Source: Raillietiella orientalis (taxonomy: Eukaryota). Taken from it: 64,000 bases of DNA. Positions 47,434 to 59,700 of this stretch are shown piece after piece. The notes beneath the pieces are model-generated. The model was given only the letters and a program-made list of their open reading frames with translations, was not told where the DNA came from and did no database searches. Position numbers and translations under genes: made by a program. Location: contig JAYWIR010000008.1 in NCBI GenBank assembly GCA_036172245.1, positions 4,526,001 to 4,590,000 of the forward strand. The letters are read 5' to 3'. Numbering within the stretch: position 1 is the stretch's first letter; each line of letters begins with the position of its first letter.

Positions 47434-48664
47434 CTACTCGCAAACATTTCTCCAAAAGCAACCTTCTTTCATCCAACTTATGTAAAATGACAATTTTTTT
47501 TGAGCTAATTTTATAGATGATACGGAAGATAAGTGGGCTTGTCCCTCCAGCCGTTGCCTGGATGAAAACAGACGCACTTTCTTGGGAGGAACTGATTTAC
47601 ATAAAGAACAATGATGTACTCAGCATAATATACATACCACAATTCTTCTGCTGTTTTTGTCTGGCAGCCTCAAGGAGCTGATACAGATGGGATAAAGCTG
47701 CCTGACAATAACATGTAAGGTCCTCCTCAGAACCACGTAGAAGACAAGACACGTCTTCTTTGATGACTTCAATCATTGTGGGATGCATATGTAGCCAGTC
47801 ATGACTCTTTGATGCTTTGATTGCAGCTTTCAAGGCTGAATTGGCATCATCAAAAGAAGTAGAGTTCTGAAGAACAGCACTGATGGTAAGAAATGCAGTG
47901 GCCATTTCCATACAGGTGTCCTCTTGTGGGCCATTATACAAACGGAGTACATAACAATAAGCATACAATATGTTATGAAGATTGTGTGCCAATTGCGGGG
48001 ATGGGGTTCTCTTCTGCAGAATACACAGAAAGAAATACTCCATAATAATATACCAACTGTGAGATGAGTCAAAAGAGGCACAACAATGACTTCAGGAATA
48101 TTTTTCTTTGCTTCTGATATCTCTTCAATCAGTGATACTTTGTGTTTCAGAGCATCCCACCAAGGAGTCCATGGTGGTATCAATTTATAAATATCGTCAC
48201 TGGCAATAAGCTCACGGAATTCAAGCTTTTCTTCCGTTGTGAGCTTCTGCCATACAGCATCCACATCTTCTAGACAAACTCCAGCCAAACGTTCTTGTAA
48301 GCTTGCGGTATCGTCATGTTCATCCCCATCTAAATCAATTACAACAACACATGACTTTACTGCTCCTACCTTCATCGGAATCAGCACCACATTGTTCCGA
48401 ATTTCGCTTCAAAATTTCCAGAATACGTTCTCGTTCTTCGACACCTGCATATTTCCCCCTTAATGTTTGCTGTACTTGCTCTTTGTAAAATTCTTCTGTG
48501 CATTTGATGTGATTTCTGTGACGATAACACTGAAGGCTACAATATGTGGATAGGCATTTGGGACAGCAGTACACTCCCTTATTTTTAGTACAGCTATACA
48601 AAGTATATCGCCACCTTTCACCAATCACTTACAAAGCACACCTAGTTACATCAGATGCCATCAT
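47434..48664 (-). CDS. ZNHIT2: Zinc finger HIT domain protein 2-like, 353 aa
   Basis: Exons 48664-48633, 48593-48370, 48329-48058, 48013-47638, 47591-47434 (1062 nt, open). CAFC...YCCPKCLSTYCSLQCYRHRNHIKCTEEFY zf-HIT, W.KLT.EEK..F...PPWTPWW, NILYAY..VLRLYNG and C-terminal KKLSFYISW. Confidence 0.9.
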
Positions 48665-48821
48665 TTTTTCAACATAAACATCACCTTTTCAGCATGCAGC
48701 ACCTATAGAAAAATACACCTAGAGACCATCGAAATCGCATTTTTGATGCCCATTCCCATCCCAATATTCCCAAATCCAGTAACAGAATACGCTTCTTCTG
48801 GGACTCCAACCGGAATGGGTT

Positions 48822-48827
48822 TTTATT
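48822..48827 (-). terminator. Polyadenylation signal AATAAA of the MARCH gene
   Basis: Plus-strand tttatt about 130 nt downstream of the stop at 48958. Confidence 0.55.
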
Positions 48828-48957
48828 ATATGATGCAATTTTGCACTACCACTTAGCTAGAAGACCAAGAAGTATTTCTTCAGATTAAAGATTCGATCGA
48901 TATCAACAGGAATGGCTGTTGAATGAACGAATCAACAGATCATTAGATAATATTCCT

Positions 48958-50064
48958 TCATTGACCATTTACAATAAGAGGAAGTTGACCATCTGCCAGA
49001 ATTGGAGAATCAGGAATTCCTCTTTTCAGAGAGAGCTTTCTAAACAAATGCTTATAGTCATTCTTATTGCTATTAGTTTTCTGAGATTGTGTACAATTAA
49101 TGTTATCTTCTAAAATTTGTTGCTTTTTGTATTCATTTTCTGGAACATTTTGGATAAGTATTACTCGATTTTGTGTCTGCCAGCGTCTACAGAAGGCAGT
49201 GTACATCTTACACTGCATGTACATAAATACTAATCCTCCTGTAAAACCAATAGCCACAACGACTAACTTGGTCCAAAATGGCCATTCCAATTGACCAGAC
49301 TGAAGTTCCTCTGCTGTTCTACCAATTAATACATATAGAGACCAGATGATGCATGCAATTGATAATACATGCAGAGTCACACTACAAATTAGTTTCTTCA
49401 TTTCTAGAGGAGTCATCTCCAACCGCTCCCACTTTAGACAATGTTGAAGAAACCAAATGAGAGGAACTTCAGCTACTTACTTTGCAAAGCGGTTTAGTAT
49501 GCACTTCCATTACGAAAGCAAATTTACAGAGCTCACAAACACGTGTGTTTGAAGCACGTATCCACTGCTGCAGACATGCTTGGTGAACATAGCGCAAGCT
49601 GCCACAACAATAGCAAGGTGCCACCAGTGGCACAGAAATTTCCCCTTCACAATGGCAAATTCTACAAAAAATTAATAGGCATTTTCTTAAGGCTTTCTTT
49701 TTAACCTGCAGATATCATGAGGATAGGATTCCTTTGAGGGAGAGTATTGCATAGGTTTGGCCAGCAACTCATTAAATTCAACATCATACTGAAACAATGC
49801 AAGCATTTTGGAAAATTTGGAAAAACTGATATGCAAATCATGTAAGAGCTGAACCAAATACAACATCAATGTATATTTAATTGTAATCAGATAGATTGGG
49901 GAAAAATGAACAATGATGATTCTATTACTTAACAATTATTCTATTTTCACTTCATAAATAAATCCTCCAAATTTTCTCGCAATTATCCAAACACATTAGT
50001 TACTAACCTTTTCATTATTTGTGGAAACAGTATTGCAATGACTGAGGAATGCTTTTTCTGACAT
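48958..50064 (-). CDS. MARCH8: Membrane-associated RING-CH E3 ubiquitin ligase, MARCH1/8-like, ~264 aa (start uncertain)
   Basis: Exons 50064-50008, 49788-49706, 49661-49481, 49431-48958 (795 nt). ICRICHCEG...[21 protein letters not shown]...CELCKF RINGv domain, two TM helices with [28 protein letters not shown], then [11 protein letters not shown]. Confidence 0.92.
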
Positions 50065-53000
50065 CAGTGAAGGCCAGCTCAAGTTTATACCAAAACATCA
50101 CACTGCTTTTGCCTTTTACACATACAAATACTTTTTGCATATTCTGACAAAAACCTCCTATAAGAGGTATTTAAAATGAAAAATAAACGAAAACATTATA
50201 CCATCAAAAAAAGAAGACATAACTGTTGCAAAAATTTCTTTTTTTCTATCAAAGATGAAATGAATATCTTCCTGTTTCTTAACAATCATATTAGATAAAA
50301 TTTTCCTTCGGTTTAAAAAAATAAATTCTCCTGAATACATTAATTAAAAATAACTGAAAATGAAAAGCAACTATTTTCAATCAAATTCAAAAACAGCCAA
50401 ATATAACTCATGCATGTAGATTTTTGTTTCTTTTTCTTTAATTTCACTATACAAAAAATATTAACAAAATATTGCAATAATAATTATTCCTAATGTTGTC
50501 AGCCTGTAAAATAACAATGTCCCATTTAAGAGTAATTTACAATTACTGTGCATTCATCTAAAGGGAATGCAATAAAATTTCTAAATAAAATTTTTTTTGT
50601 CATGAATACACTAATTTCAGTTGTCAATTAGCATATTCCATTTAAAGTGCAAAACGAATATCACTGATCTTCCCAATGCATTATCTAATACATTTTAGAA
50701 GAAACACAAAAATCTCAATTAATTAAGGAAAAAAAAGTAAGAAGCAAAGACATCAGCAAATACAGGGAGTCAAACAAAGGAAACAACAAAAATACACCGA
50801 GTTCTAATACACAGACTCTGAATGCACTTTTACATCAAAAAATAGCTTTTACATTCAATACTTGATAATGATATGTACTTATAAAACAGTGACAAAAAAT
50901 TATTTAATGCAAATTATTAAGTAAGCCTTTATGCATTGGATGTCATATCCAACAATCTGGGCATTAACGATTCTCCCACTTGGTAAGAAAGCTAATGCAT
51001 GATTGAAGAACTTGTCTTCACATTATTTTAAAAAAAAGGAACAAATCGGCTTTTTATTTTTCTGATAGTCTGCAAGAAAGAACTATAAAACAAGTCATAG
51101 GAAACGTGTATGGAAAACTGCCACACCCATAAAAATAAGATAGTTATGGGAATACAATAAGACAATAAAACAATGACCTAAAACACACAAACTGAGTGAG
51201 AAAAAAGAATTGTTTTCTTTAATCTAATCTAATATTACAAACAATTCAGAAAACGTCTTACAAAATCACAAAAATCTATATCATACAGTGCTAATTTTTG
51301 ATATTGGGCATTACCACTAATCTTGATATCTTTTTCCATGATAGTGAGTTGAGTGTGTTCTGACTTGTCATCACGAAATTCTTTGTAATCTAAGGATTGC
51401 ATTAGATTCAAAGTGTTAATTAAGCTTTTTGTAAGTGCAGTCAATGGAGAATAAATTACATTTTCAAAGCTAAAAAACAAAACTAAAATAAAATACTTCA
51501 ATCATGCATTATTAAAATGCTTTACAATGTGCTGCTGGCTCTATATGCTAAACAAACATTAATAAAAATTCTTTCAAAAAAATCAAGGCACATCAAAAAA
51601 CATATTGAAATTCAAAAACCAAATTGTAGAAAGGAAAAAAAAAAAATTTGCAATTTTTTTTAATTTTGCAAGTTAGCTACTGTTAATTAATAGATTAAAT
51701 TACATTATAAACATTTGGATATTACAGAAAAACTAATGTGCCGTTGGCTTCCAAAAAATATCAAGACCAACTCTGATGAATCAACAATCAACTGACCAAA
51801 TTTAGACAACACGCAATCAAGACTGGACACCTGAAATACTGAAAAGACTGGGTTGCTGGCTATACTTGTATACTATGATTTTAAAGAATCGGAAAGTGTT
51901 GAACTGTGTTGAAAAGAAAGAATGTAAGTAATTTAAAGACATGGTTGGGTGATAACAAGAAATTTGCTCGAAATATGTCTCGAACCTTAGGTTTTAGTTT
52001 TATTTATTTGAATAAAATAGTGGATACTAACTAATGGAATTGTATTACTAGAAAGCAACCAAAGGAAATACGTACTAAAACTCTACACCAAATAGGGATT
52101 ACATCTGATCAACATTTTCACATATTGCAAAACAGTAACAACTTATAGACATAAACAAGAATAGGAAAAACTAAAAACTGGTCAAATAAGCTAAACAACT
52201 TAAGAAGACCTTAATCATCATGATCAGAAGCAAACAGTGATTATTGAATTCTTCCAAGTGAACAGCAAGTCATCAATATTTACTGTCTAATGACCTAACA
52301 CTATTGTTTCCCAAAACAAAAATATGTGCTCATTTAGATTTTAGCTCATGAATATAATGATACTGAAAAACTCATTGCATCCACGCATACTGAATAACAC
52401 TAATGACACAACAATTCTCTCTACTAGAAGTCAAAAATGTTCAATTGATCAACAGCTGAAAACATCTGTCACTTCATCCAACCCCAGCACATTTAAGACT
52501 ATAAACTTGTAGTCCCTCACGCATGGAAGACACGTTTTCCTCTATATACAGCACTGATTCAGCGAGTGCATGTTTATTGGAAGCCTTCATGTTAATTCAC
52601 GTTCAATAAGTGGTTGTACTTTGATCAGGAACAACCTTTTCAAACAGAGGTGACACAATTAAGTTTTTCAGTTGACAAAATCTGATAATGGATTTCTGAA
52701 ATTTTCTGAAACCATCATGATCTTCAAATTTAATTTCGAAACTATGACTGGTCTACAAAACATTCATAGGTTTGAATTGAGAAACTATGATTGTTCAAAA
52801 CCTGCAAATGCAAACACCTGCCAACAGCATCATATCCATTTCTGTAGGAAAGCAGAAGCACAACAACAAAAGATTCGTCAACAATTGGGCTCAAAACTCT
52901 TAAAAACACAAACTGCAAGAGCTTTGCGTTCTTGAAGCATTACTTCAGGTGAGCATACATGGTCACAAAAGTAGCATGCAATTCACATGGTCGTTTAGAA

Positions 53001-53453
53001 ATCCAACTAAAAAAATTTAATGAATATGATGTGTTTGCAAATAGTTTAATGGCAAGTTGGTTTTTTTTTCCAATCATCCGCACGTAAATAGAAAAAAAAA
53101 TGCAATAGGAAATCAAAACAACTTACATTTCTGTACAAAACTGCCAGTCTTTGGTATAATTCAATGTTTCATTTAAAACTTCATATGGTTGGAATAAATC
53201 TCTTCAAATCATGAGAACCGACCAATGACTAAAGAAATCAACAACGAAATGTAATGAATGAAACAATCAATGATCAAGGAAGCAGCACTTGCACCCAAAT
53301 AACCAGCAACGGACACGCGGAAAAATAAATGCTCTCTCTCTGGGCCCATGAACGTGACGAATTTTTTAATGCCTCTTCATTCACATCACTTTCAAAGATC
53401 GCGGGATTACATTACATCCACTGCTCAACGTGAATAAATAGGGCATCCGATCA

Positions 53454-55213
53454 CACGTTGAGGTCCTGTAAAAAAAATTCGGCATCGGGTGGCACGGACA
53501 AACCACAGTGGCTGCCAGGACGCTGGTGGCTCACCGTCGACCACAAGAACTCACGAACGGCGCACATCTCGTAAAATGTGACTTTCATGACGAGCGACTG
53601 CAGAAGTGGGTGAATCGTCAACCGGTTGAATAATTTATCCGACATTTCCGACCCACAACGTGTGAAAATGTGTGCACCCAAATTTCATTACGAAACGTTG
53701 TGAGAGAGGGGGAGGAGGGGGGGGGGGAAGGGAAGTAAAACAACTCACATCTCCATGAAACGAATCTTGCAAATCCATAGATTTCACGGGCTTCGGATCT
53801 GACCGAGACGGGATGGAACCGGGCTTTCAATATTCATAAAGCGTTGGAATACGCAACACCAGCATGGGAAACCTGAAAAGAAGCTCCCTCGGTGTGCGCG
53901 CCTGCACCTACTTCCGCGCGTCGCGTGCACCGCGGGACCCCAGCAACCTACTTGGAACTCGGTGGGGCCGAAGCTCTGTATCCTCCGACCGCGTGCGGAA
54001 TCCACCTTGCTGCCAGGCAACCGCCTCCCTGCTGGAGCGACTTCTTCCAGGGAAAGCGTAGGCAGCGCGGGGCTGCCCAGCGCATCCGCACGCAACACGG
54101 AACGCCACGGGGCCCGACGCGGGGTGCCCACGCACGACGACGATTTTCTGGAACCGACAACATCCGGCATCCACGCTGCCGTTGCATTCGGGAAAACAAA
54201 AACAAAAAAACAAGGATGGCAAAAAAAAAAAAAAAACGAGCTTCAGGCACAGCGACGAAGCCCCGTCGACACGCACCGTCATGCCAAAGCCAAGAGCCAA
54301 CTCGAGCACGGCATTTGGTGGAGCTTCCTGGGCGCATAAGTCGTAGGTGTCCCCCACGTTCCATTCCCCAAAGCGACCTAATAAATGGGATGTGCGAACA
54401 GATGCTGTTTCTCATAAGGAGTGCGCTGTATCCTGCCAGAATGAACCCTTCGAAGCACTCCAAGCGTTTGCCGACACGGCCGACCAGCAGCACTTTTTTT
54501 GCGCACTTTCGCAATCGAAAATTTGAAAAGAAACGGCTTTGCCCTGATAAGGAGGGGCAAAAAAAATGATAAACGTTCATCCGTCAGGTGTTTCGCCGCG
54601 ACGATTCTTTATGCAAAGCTGTTGGTCTCTTCTTCGACGATCCGCTTGACAACAAGCTCTTCCGTGAAAAGTAGCTGGGAACGTTCCATTGGTTCGACAA
54701 CGCTGGATGCAGTCTGCGGTCCGGTGGCCCCGGGCGGTGCTGCGAAATGAATCCTTTCGGGAATCCTTCTGCTATCCGTTCTATCCACCCATTCGTCCTC
54801 TTCTGCGAAAGAATTTCCACTCTCAACGGTTCCGATTCTTCGTCGCCTTTCCACAATAATTTCGCCATCGCTCGAATCATCATCACTTGCGCTGCCTTCA
54901 GATGCAGCATCCGTTGCATTGTCATCAACTGGGGAGAGATGGACTTCTGCACTTTCACTCGATTCCAAATTTCCACAATCCCTTTCCGCTTTATCCAAAT
55001 CGCTCCGCAGCTGACTGGTGGCAATTGGAGAGCAGCTTTTCTCAGAAAAGTCGAGGTCCTATTCGAAAACAAACAAACTTTGAGAAATCACAGTGGCGAC
55101 TTTACACTGCGTAATGCTTGCAGAGCAGTGGTCTGTAGCAGGAAGCTGCGAACGATCACGGCGCTCTCTCGCACTCACTTTGCATGCCGACGAACACTTT
55201 TGGTCCGCAACGT
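53454..55213 (-). mobile_element. piggyBac-like (PGBD4-type) relic 2 with imperfect terminal inverted repeats
   Basis: Acidic N-terminus then PMERSQLLFTEELVVKRIVEEETNSFA* (P..F.LF..E....IV.ETN.YA motif), with decayed continuation to FPML at ~53865; acgttgaggtcc (53455-53466) versus ggtccgcaacgt (55202-55213) match as inverted repeats with 2 mismatches. Confidence 0.65.
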
Positions 55214-58200
55214 AAAAAATGCATAACTCTGCTCCCTCATCCTAACGCATCCACAATGCGTCAGAATGCACGTCCTCTTAGCGGAGTCGGTGGATCTGTG
55301 TGGTGCCATCCTGAATGTCCCCTCAGAGGGTGCAAAGGGTGGAGGGAAGTGCACATGGGTTGAAGTATCGATTGTCAAAAGATTAAACACTTTCAAGGAA
55401 CACCGATGATGAGAAATAAGAATGAAAAAACGGGAGAAAACAAATTCAAAGGCACGATGAGAAAACACGGTCGAAAAGGACCAAAAGATGAGAGGGGATG
55501 ATTTATTTTAACATACAAGACATGCTTTCTAGATCCCTAATGATAACTCCGTTCTCTACAGCCAAGAGTCGGCAAAAAGCAAGGTGTTACGAAAACAACC
55601 TGGATTCCTGGGCATCCAGAGTGCAAGCAAATAAAAAATATGCAGAGGGGCCAAAATTTCCCACCACGTGACTTGCTACGTGACCACGTGACTACCACGC
55701 ATTGGTCACCACCACAACTGCATGTCCACTTGAAACCTCTCGAAGAGGACGGTTGCGTTAGATACTCGTTAAAAGAACCTCGTCGCGATTTCGGGATCGT
55801 AGAGAGGACAACCCTCAAACCCGGTCGGCACCTTAGAAAGATCTTAAAAATGGAAAGAACAAATTTTACGTTCTTTACACTTGTATTTCAAGCATCACAT
55901 ATGAAATTCGTTCGTATACTTTACATGCAGTTCAGAGTAGAAGTCTCACACTGTAGTGAGCTTTCAAAATAATGTTCCCAGTCGTTGGTGCATCAACGCA
56001 CTCTTCGTTTCAAATAACGCTCCCAGCAACGTCTGGACTGGTGGTACAGCACCGAGAGCGACATGAGCTTGAGTTGAGAAAACACGCGGGAGTACCCTTC
56101 ACGAGATCAGAGCTTCGGTTTGTATAAGGTTACGAAGACTATTTACGAAGATGGAGAATCGCCGATCACCTCTGCTTGTTGGATGAAAGACGCTCATGTT
56201 CTCAGTCCGTTAGGCAGGTCGTCGGACTCGAGCAGCACTGCGATGGACTTTTCATTCACCTCCACTACTCCGTAACTGTTGATGAAAGAATAACCGTACA
56301 CATCGGCATCTTTTAAGACTGGGATGCTGACGTGTTTTTGTCTGCGGCCTGCAGATGCATGGATCCCTGCATAGGAGCATGTAGCTTGGCTTCGGGATCA
56401 GATCACTTACAAGAGTTGCACACAATGAACACGCCGTAGAACAGTATTCTTGCGCTCTCCAGCACGTGTGTGATCTCGAAGAGATCGCCGGATGGGGCAT
56501 GGGTCGGACAGTGATCTTGGTTGCATGCTCAAGATACGAGGACGAGCACAAAGTTCCTGCTGAGTCTCAGCTCGTTACTCGGGCAACTGCACTAGTGAAC
56601 GGTTCTGCAACAGTTTCGGGTGTTGCACCAGCCTCAGCTTGTTAACACGCTGACTATGCGGCTGGCACTCCACACGGAGCTGTAGTCTCTGAATCCGTCG
56701 TCCTCAATGGGCCCTGATGCACGTAAGACTCTAAGAGCTAACTTCGGTCATTTAATTCAGCTCAGACGTAACGATATTACTCGCCTGAATAGATACGCTG
56801 CTACAACTCACGCTAAAAGTGCTCTTAGAGCCGCAGCCAATTTAATGAAATTACGAGCACTGAGTTTGAAGCACAATGGTTAGTTTCAACTATTTCTGGA
56901 GTCGCATACTAGAGACCTTAATAGAGACCAGTGCTTTAGTTTAGTGCTTACTAGAGACCAGTGCACACCAGAAGGATCCACCAGGACAGTAATATCGTGA
57001 TTTCTGTGATCCAAGTTTAAGGCAGGAATGCTATCATACAATCGGATTTAATCTCCTGAAGAAATGCATTCTGGCGCTTCTAGTCTCAACTCGAAGGACA
57101 CTGGTCTAAGTGAAGTCGGTATGAAAATCTCGAGCTAGTGAATGCATTTCTGATGTTTTTCATCGAAAGCTTGGCATCCAGCTTCGTCGAAACCCGATCA
57201 AAAAGCAGATTCCCTCCGTTATGAGCAATTATTTCAAGCAGTACTTTCTACACGAAACTCTTCGTCTCCTTTAATTGGAGTGTCCAACTCACCAAAGAAT
57301 TGCTGCAAGAAATTCGACACGCTCTCTCGGAATTGTTTGAGCTTGCAACCCCATCGAACAACAAAAACTTTCAGACAGAAATGAAATAGAAGTGATTTAT
57401 GTGGTGAGCCATTTCAGAAATTGCTTCTCGACAGTGAATAATCAGGTTATAACGTTATCTTTCAACTCCTGATATTATATTTGATCTTCATAGCACAAGA
57501 GCGCCATTAACAGCATTAAGGGGTCAACACCCGAGGTACAAACAGAACTACTGAAAATCTGCCTTCAATTCGAAGGAACAAACTCGTGTGATCCTATCCA
57601 AACAGGTGGGATGTTCCATAGGCTGCCTCTAAGTAAAAGCTAAATGCAGGTCGTAACGCATTTCCAATCTGTTCTCAAAGACTTACAGAGATGTCTCCTC
57701 AAAGACAACTCTAGAAATAGGAACGAGATTTCATCACTACTTTAGTGACTGTTAAAGATGGCTAAGGAGTCCCAGTTCAGACCTCTTTAAGTGAGTTTCG
57801 ATCATGGAAAGACTCTTCTCTGCTTACAGAAATATATAACATTAAGATTCTTGATACAAAAATGGAAAAAATACTGCCGAAAGGATCTCGTCTTTGCTTT
57901 TCTGAACATTGCTTACTCTACCTCTCAGATTTTCTGTTCTAGGTTTAGAACATCAATGAATGAATATGAAATGCCAGTGATGTCTTGTGTTGAAATGCAA
58001 ATAACTGAATACAAATATGGTTATGAATTCACAATAGCCTGAATGCATCTCTTTTTTGATTTGAACATCTATTCTCAAATGTGACTACCAGCAGGGCAGT
58101 GATTGATGATATGCCATATTGATTCTTCGTCTATGAAGATACTTCGGCTTGATCCTTTTTCGGTGTAAGGCTCCACATTTTTTTTTTTTTTTTTTTTTAC

Positions 58201-58899
58201 AGAATGCCTATTGATATTCACGAAACTTAAAGTCACAAATCTCCAAAATCATTCAAAGAATTGATCTTGGAAGGCATGTCTTTGAAGTCAACAGAGATTG
58301 ATGGATGCATCAACTGTTAACTCTTTGATGTTATTAACCTTATTAAAGGTTTAATTTCTTTGTTATTTGTGATGATTGCTACTCATTTGCTAAACAGTGC
58401 TTCTTTGTTCTGATGCTGTATAATATTCGAAAGGAATTCTTATTAGCTAATCTTGTCTACTTTCTTAGTAGGGACATCAAATTGATTGTAATTGATTACA
58501 GATGTGCAAATGAGTTGTATCTTGGGCCAGCGTCATTTTGTCCATGGCACAGAGATTAAATTTAGATTTTTCAATTGCCATAGATGAGCCTTCAATTTAC
58601 AGATTCAAGGCTTGCCTCAACGTGCATTTTTTTTCATACCGAGTTTCATCAAACCTATCTGCATGTTAAGTAATAGTAGCCATTCATAGAATCTTCCTCA
58701 TGCCAATACGTGAAGGTGAAAAGAAAAACATATAGATAGCAGAGCACGTTTCATGAATATGAATCAATTAAATGTGCTTTGTTCTTCCAAATTGAATGTC
58801 CTGTTGGTGAAAATTGTAGAAAAGGTCTCAGTCCACCTTACCGAAGACAAGATCCTATTCCTCCACTATCTACTGAAAGTTTTTCAGCGACAGAGTTGA

Positions 58900-59700
58900 A
58901 AAATTCACACAAGAAACTGCTGAAAACCGAAAATGCCTTCGAATTATGAGGACTTTTCTGCAGCCCCTCAGATCATGCAATATGCTGGCAGCAGACCGAT
59001 TATAGCTAATGAACCCATATTGAAAGGTGCTACCACTATGATAAACTGCCCCTTCCTAGAGTGCATCTTACTCCAGATTAACATTACTTTCCGCATCTTA
59101 GCTCCTGAACCAACGATTTTTGCTAATCTCGACGAACGGAAGCACATTTCTCATACATCGTAAAAATTGAGTTGATTTTCAAGAGTTCTACCTTGGATAA
59201 GTTAATATTCAAAACGGAGATGGTCCCCAACGAGGTTTGGTAAAAGCTCATACAATCCGAAAATAAGTGCATCTCATTCGTCTCAACTTGAGCTGTTTTT
59301 CGATTTTGCTGATTGATTAATAAATGAGACAACAACTTCGATGTTTCCTTTATTTTTCATCCACATATTATGCATTGATATTCCCGGTTATATGAAACAA
59401 ATACAAATGGTTTCACATTGGATCGCTTCGGTACTGGATCCTTTCGACTATTCCGGGCCAAGATGTCAGCGGAAATCTGGATGCAAGATTATTAAAATTA
59501 CAGATTCTCACTTCCTGTTGCTACATTTTACAACATTTGTTTTCCTTCAGAGAATTATCCAATTTTACACCTTTTACCACTGATTTTCTTTTCATTGAAA
59601 GTAAACAGCATTGGATAGTACTGCTCAGCACTTCAGGCCATCATTTGGAATCCTCAATTTGTGGTAAAAAAAAAAAAAAGCAGAAGAAAAAAAGCTTTTC
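58900..59700 (-). mobile_element. RTE/L2-like LINE reverse transcriptase relic
   Basis: EMHLFSDCMSFYQTS...MYEKCASVR resembles H.LF.DF.KAYDS...Y....VR; many stops. Confidence 0.4.

Noticed and set aside
56908..56964. Three tagagacc repeats as a CRISPR-like array
   Set aside because: Units are too short and irregular, there are no cas genes and the context is eukaryotic.
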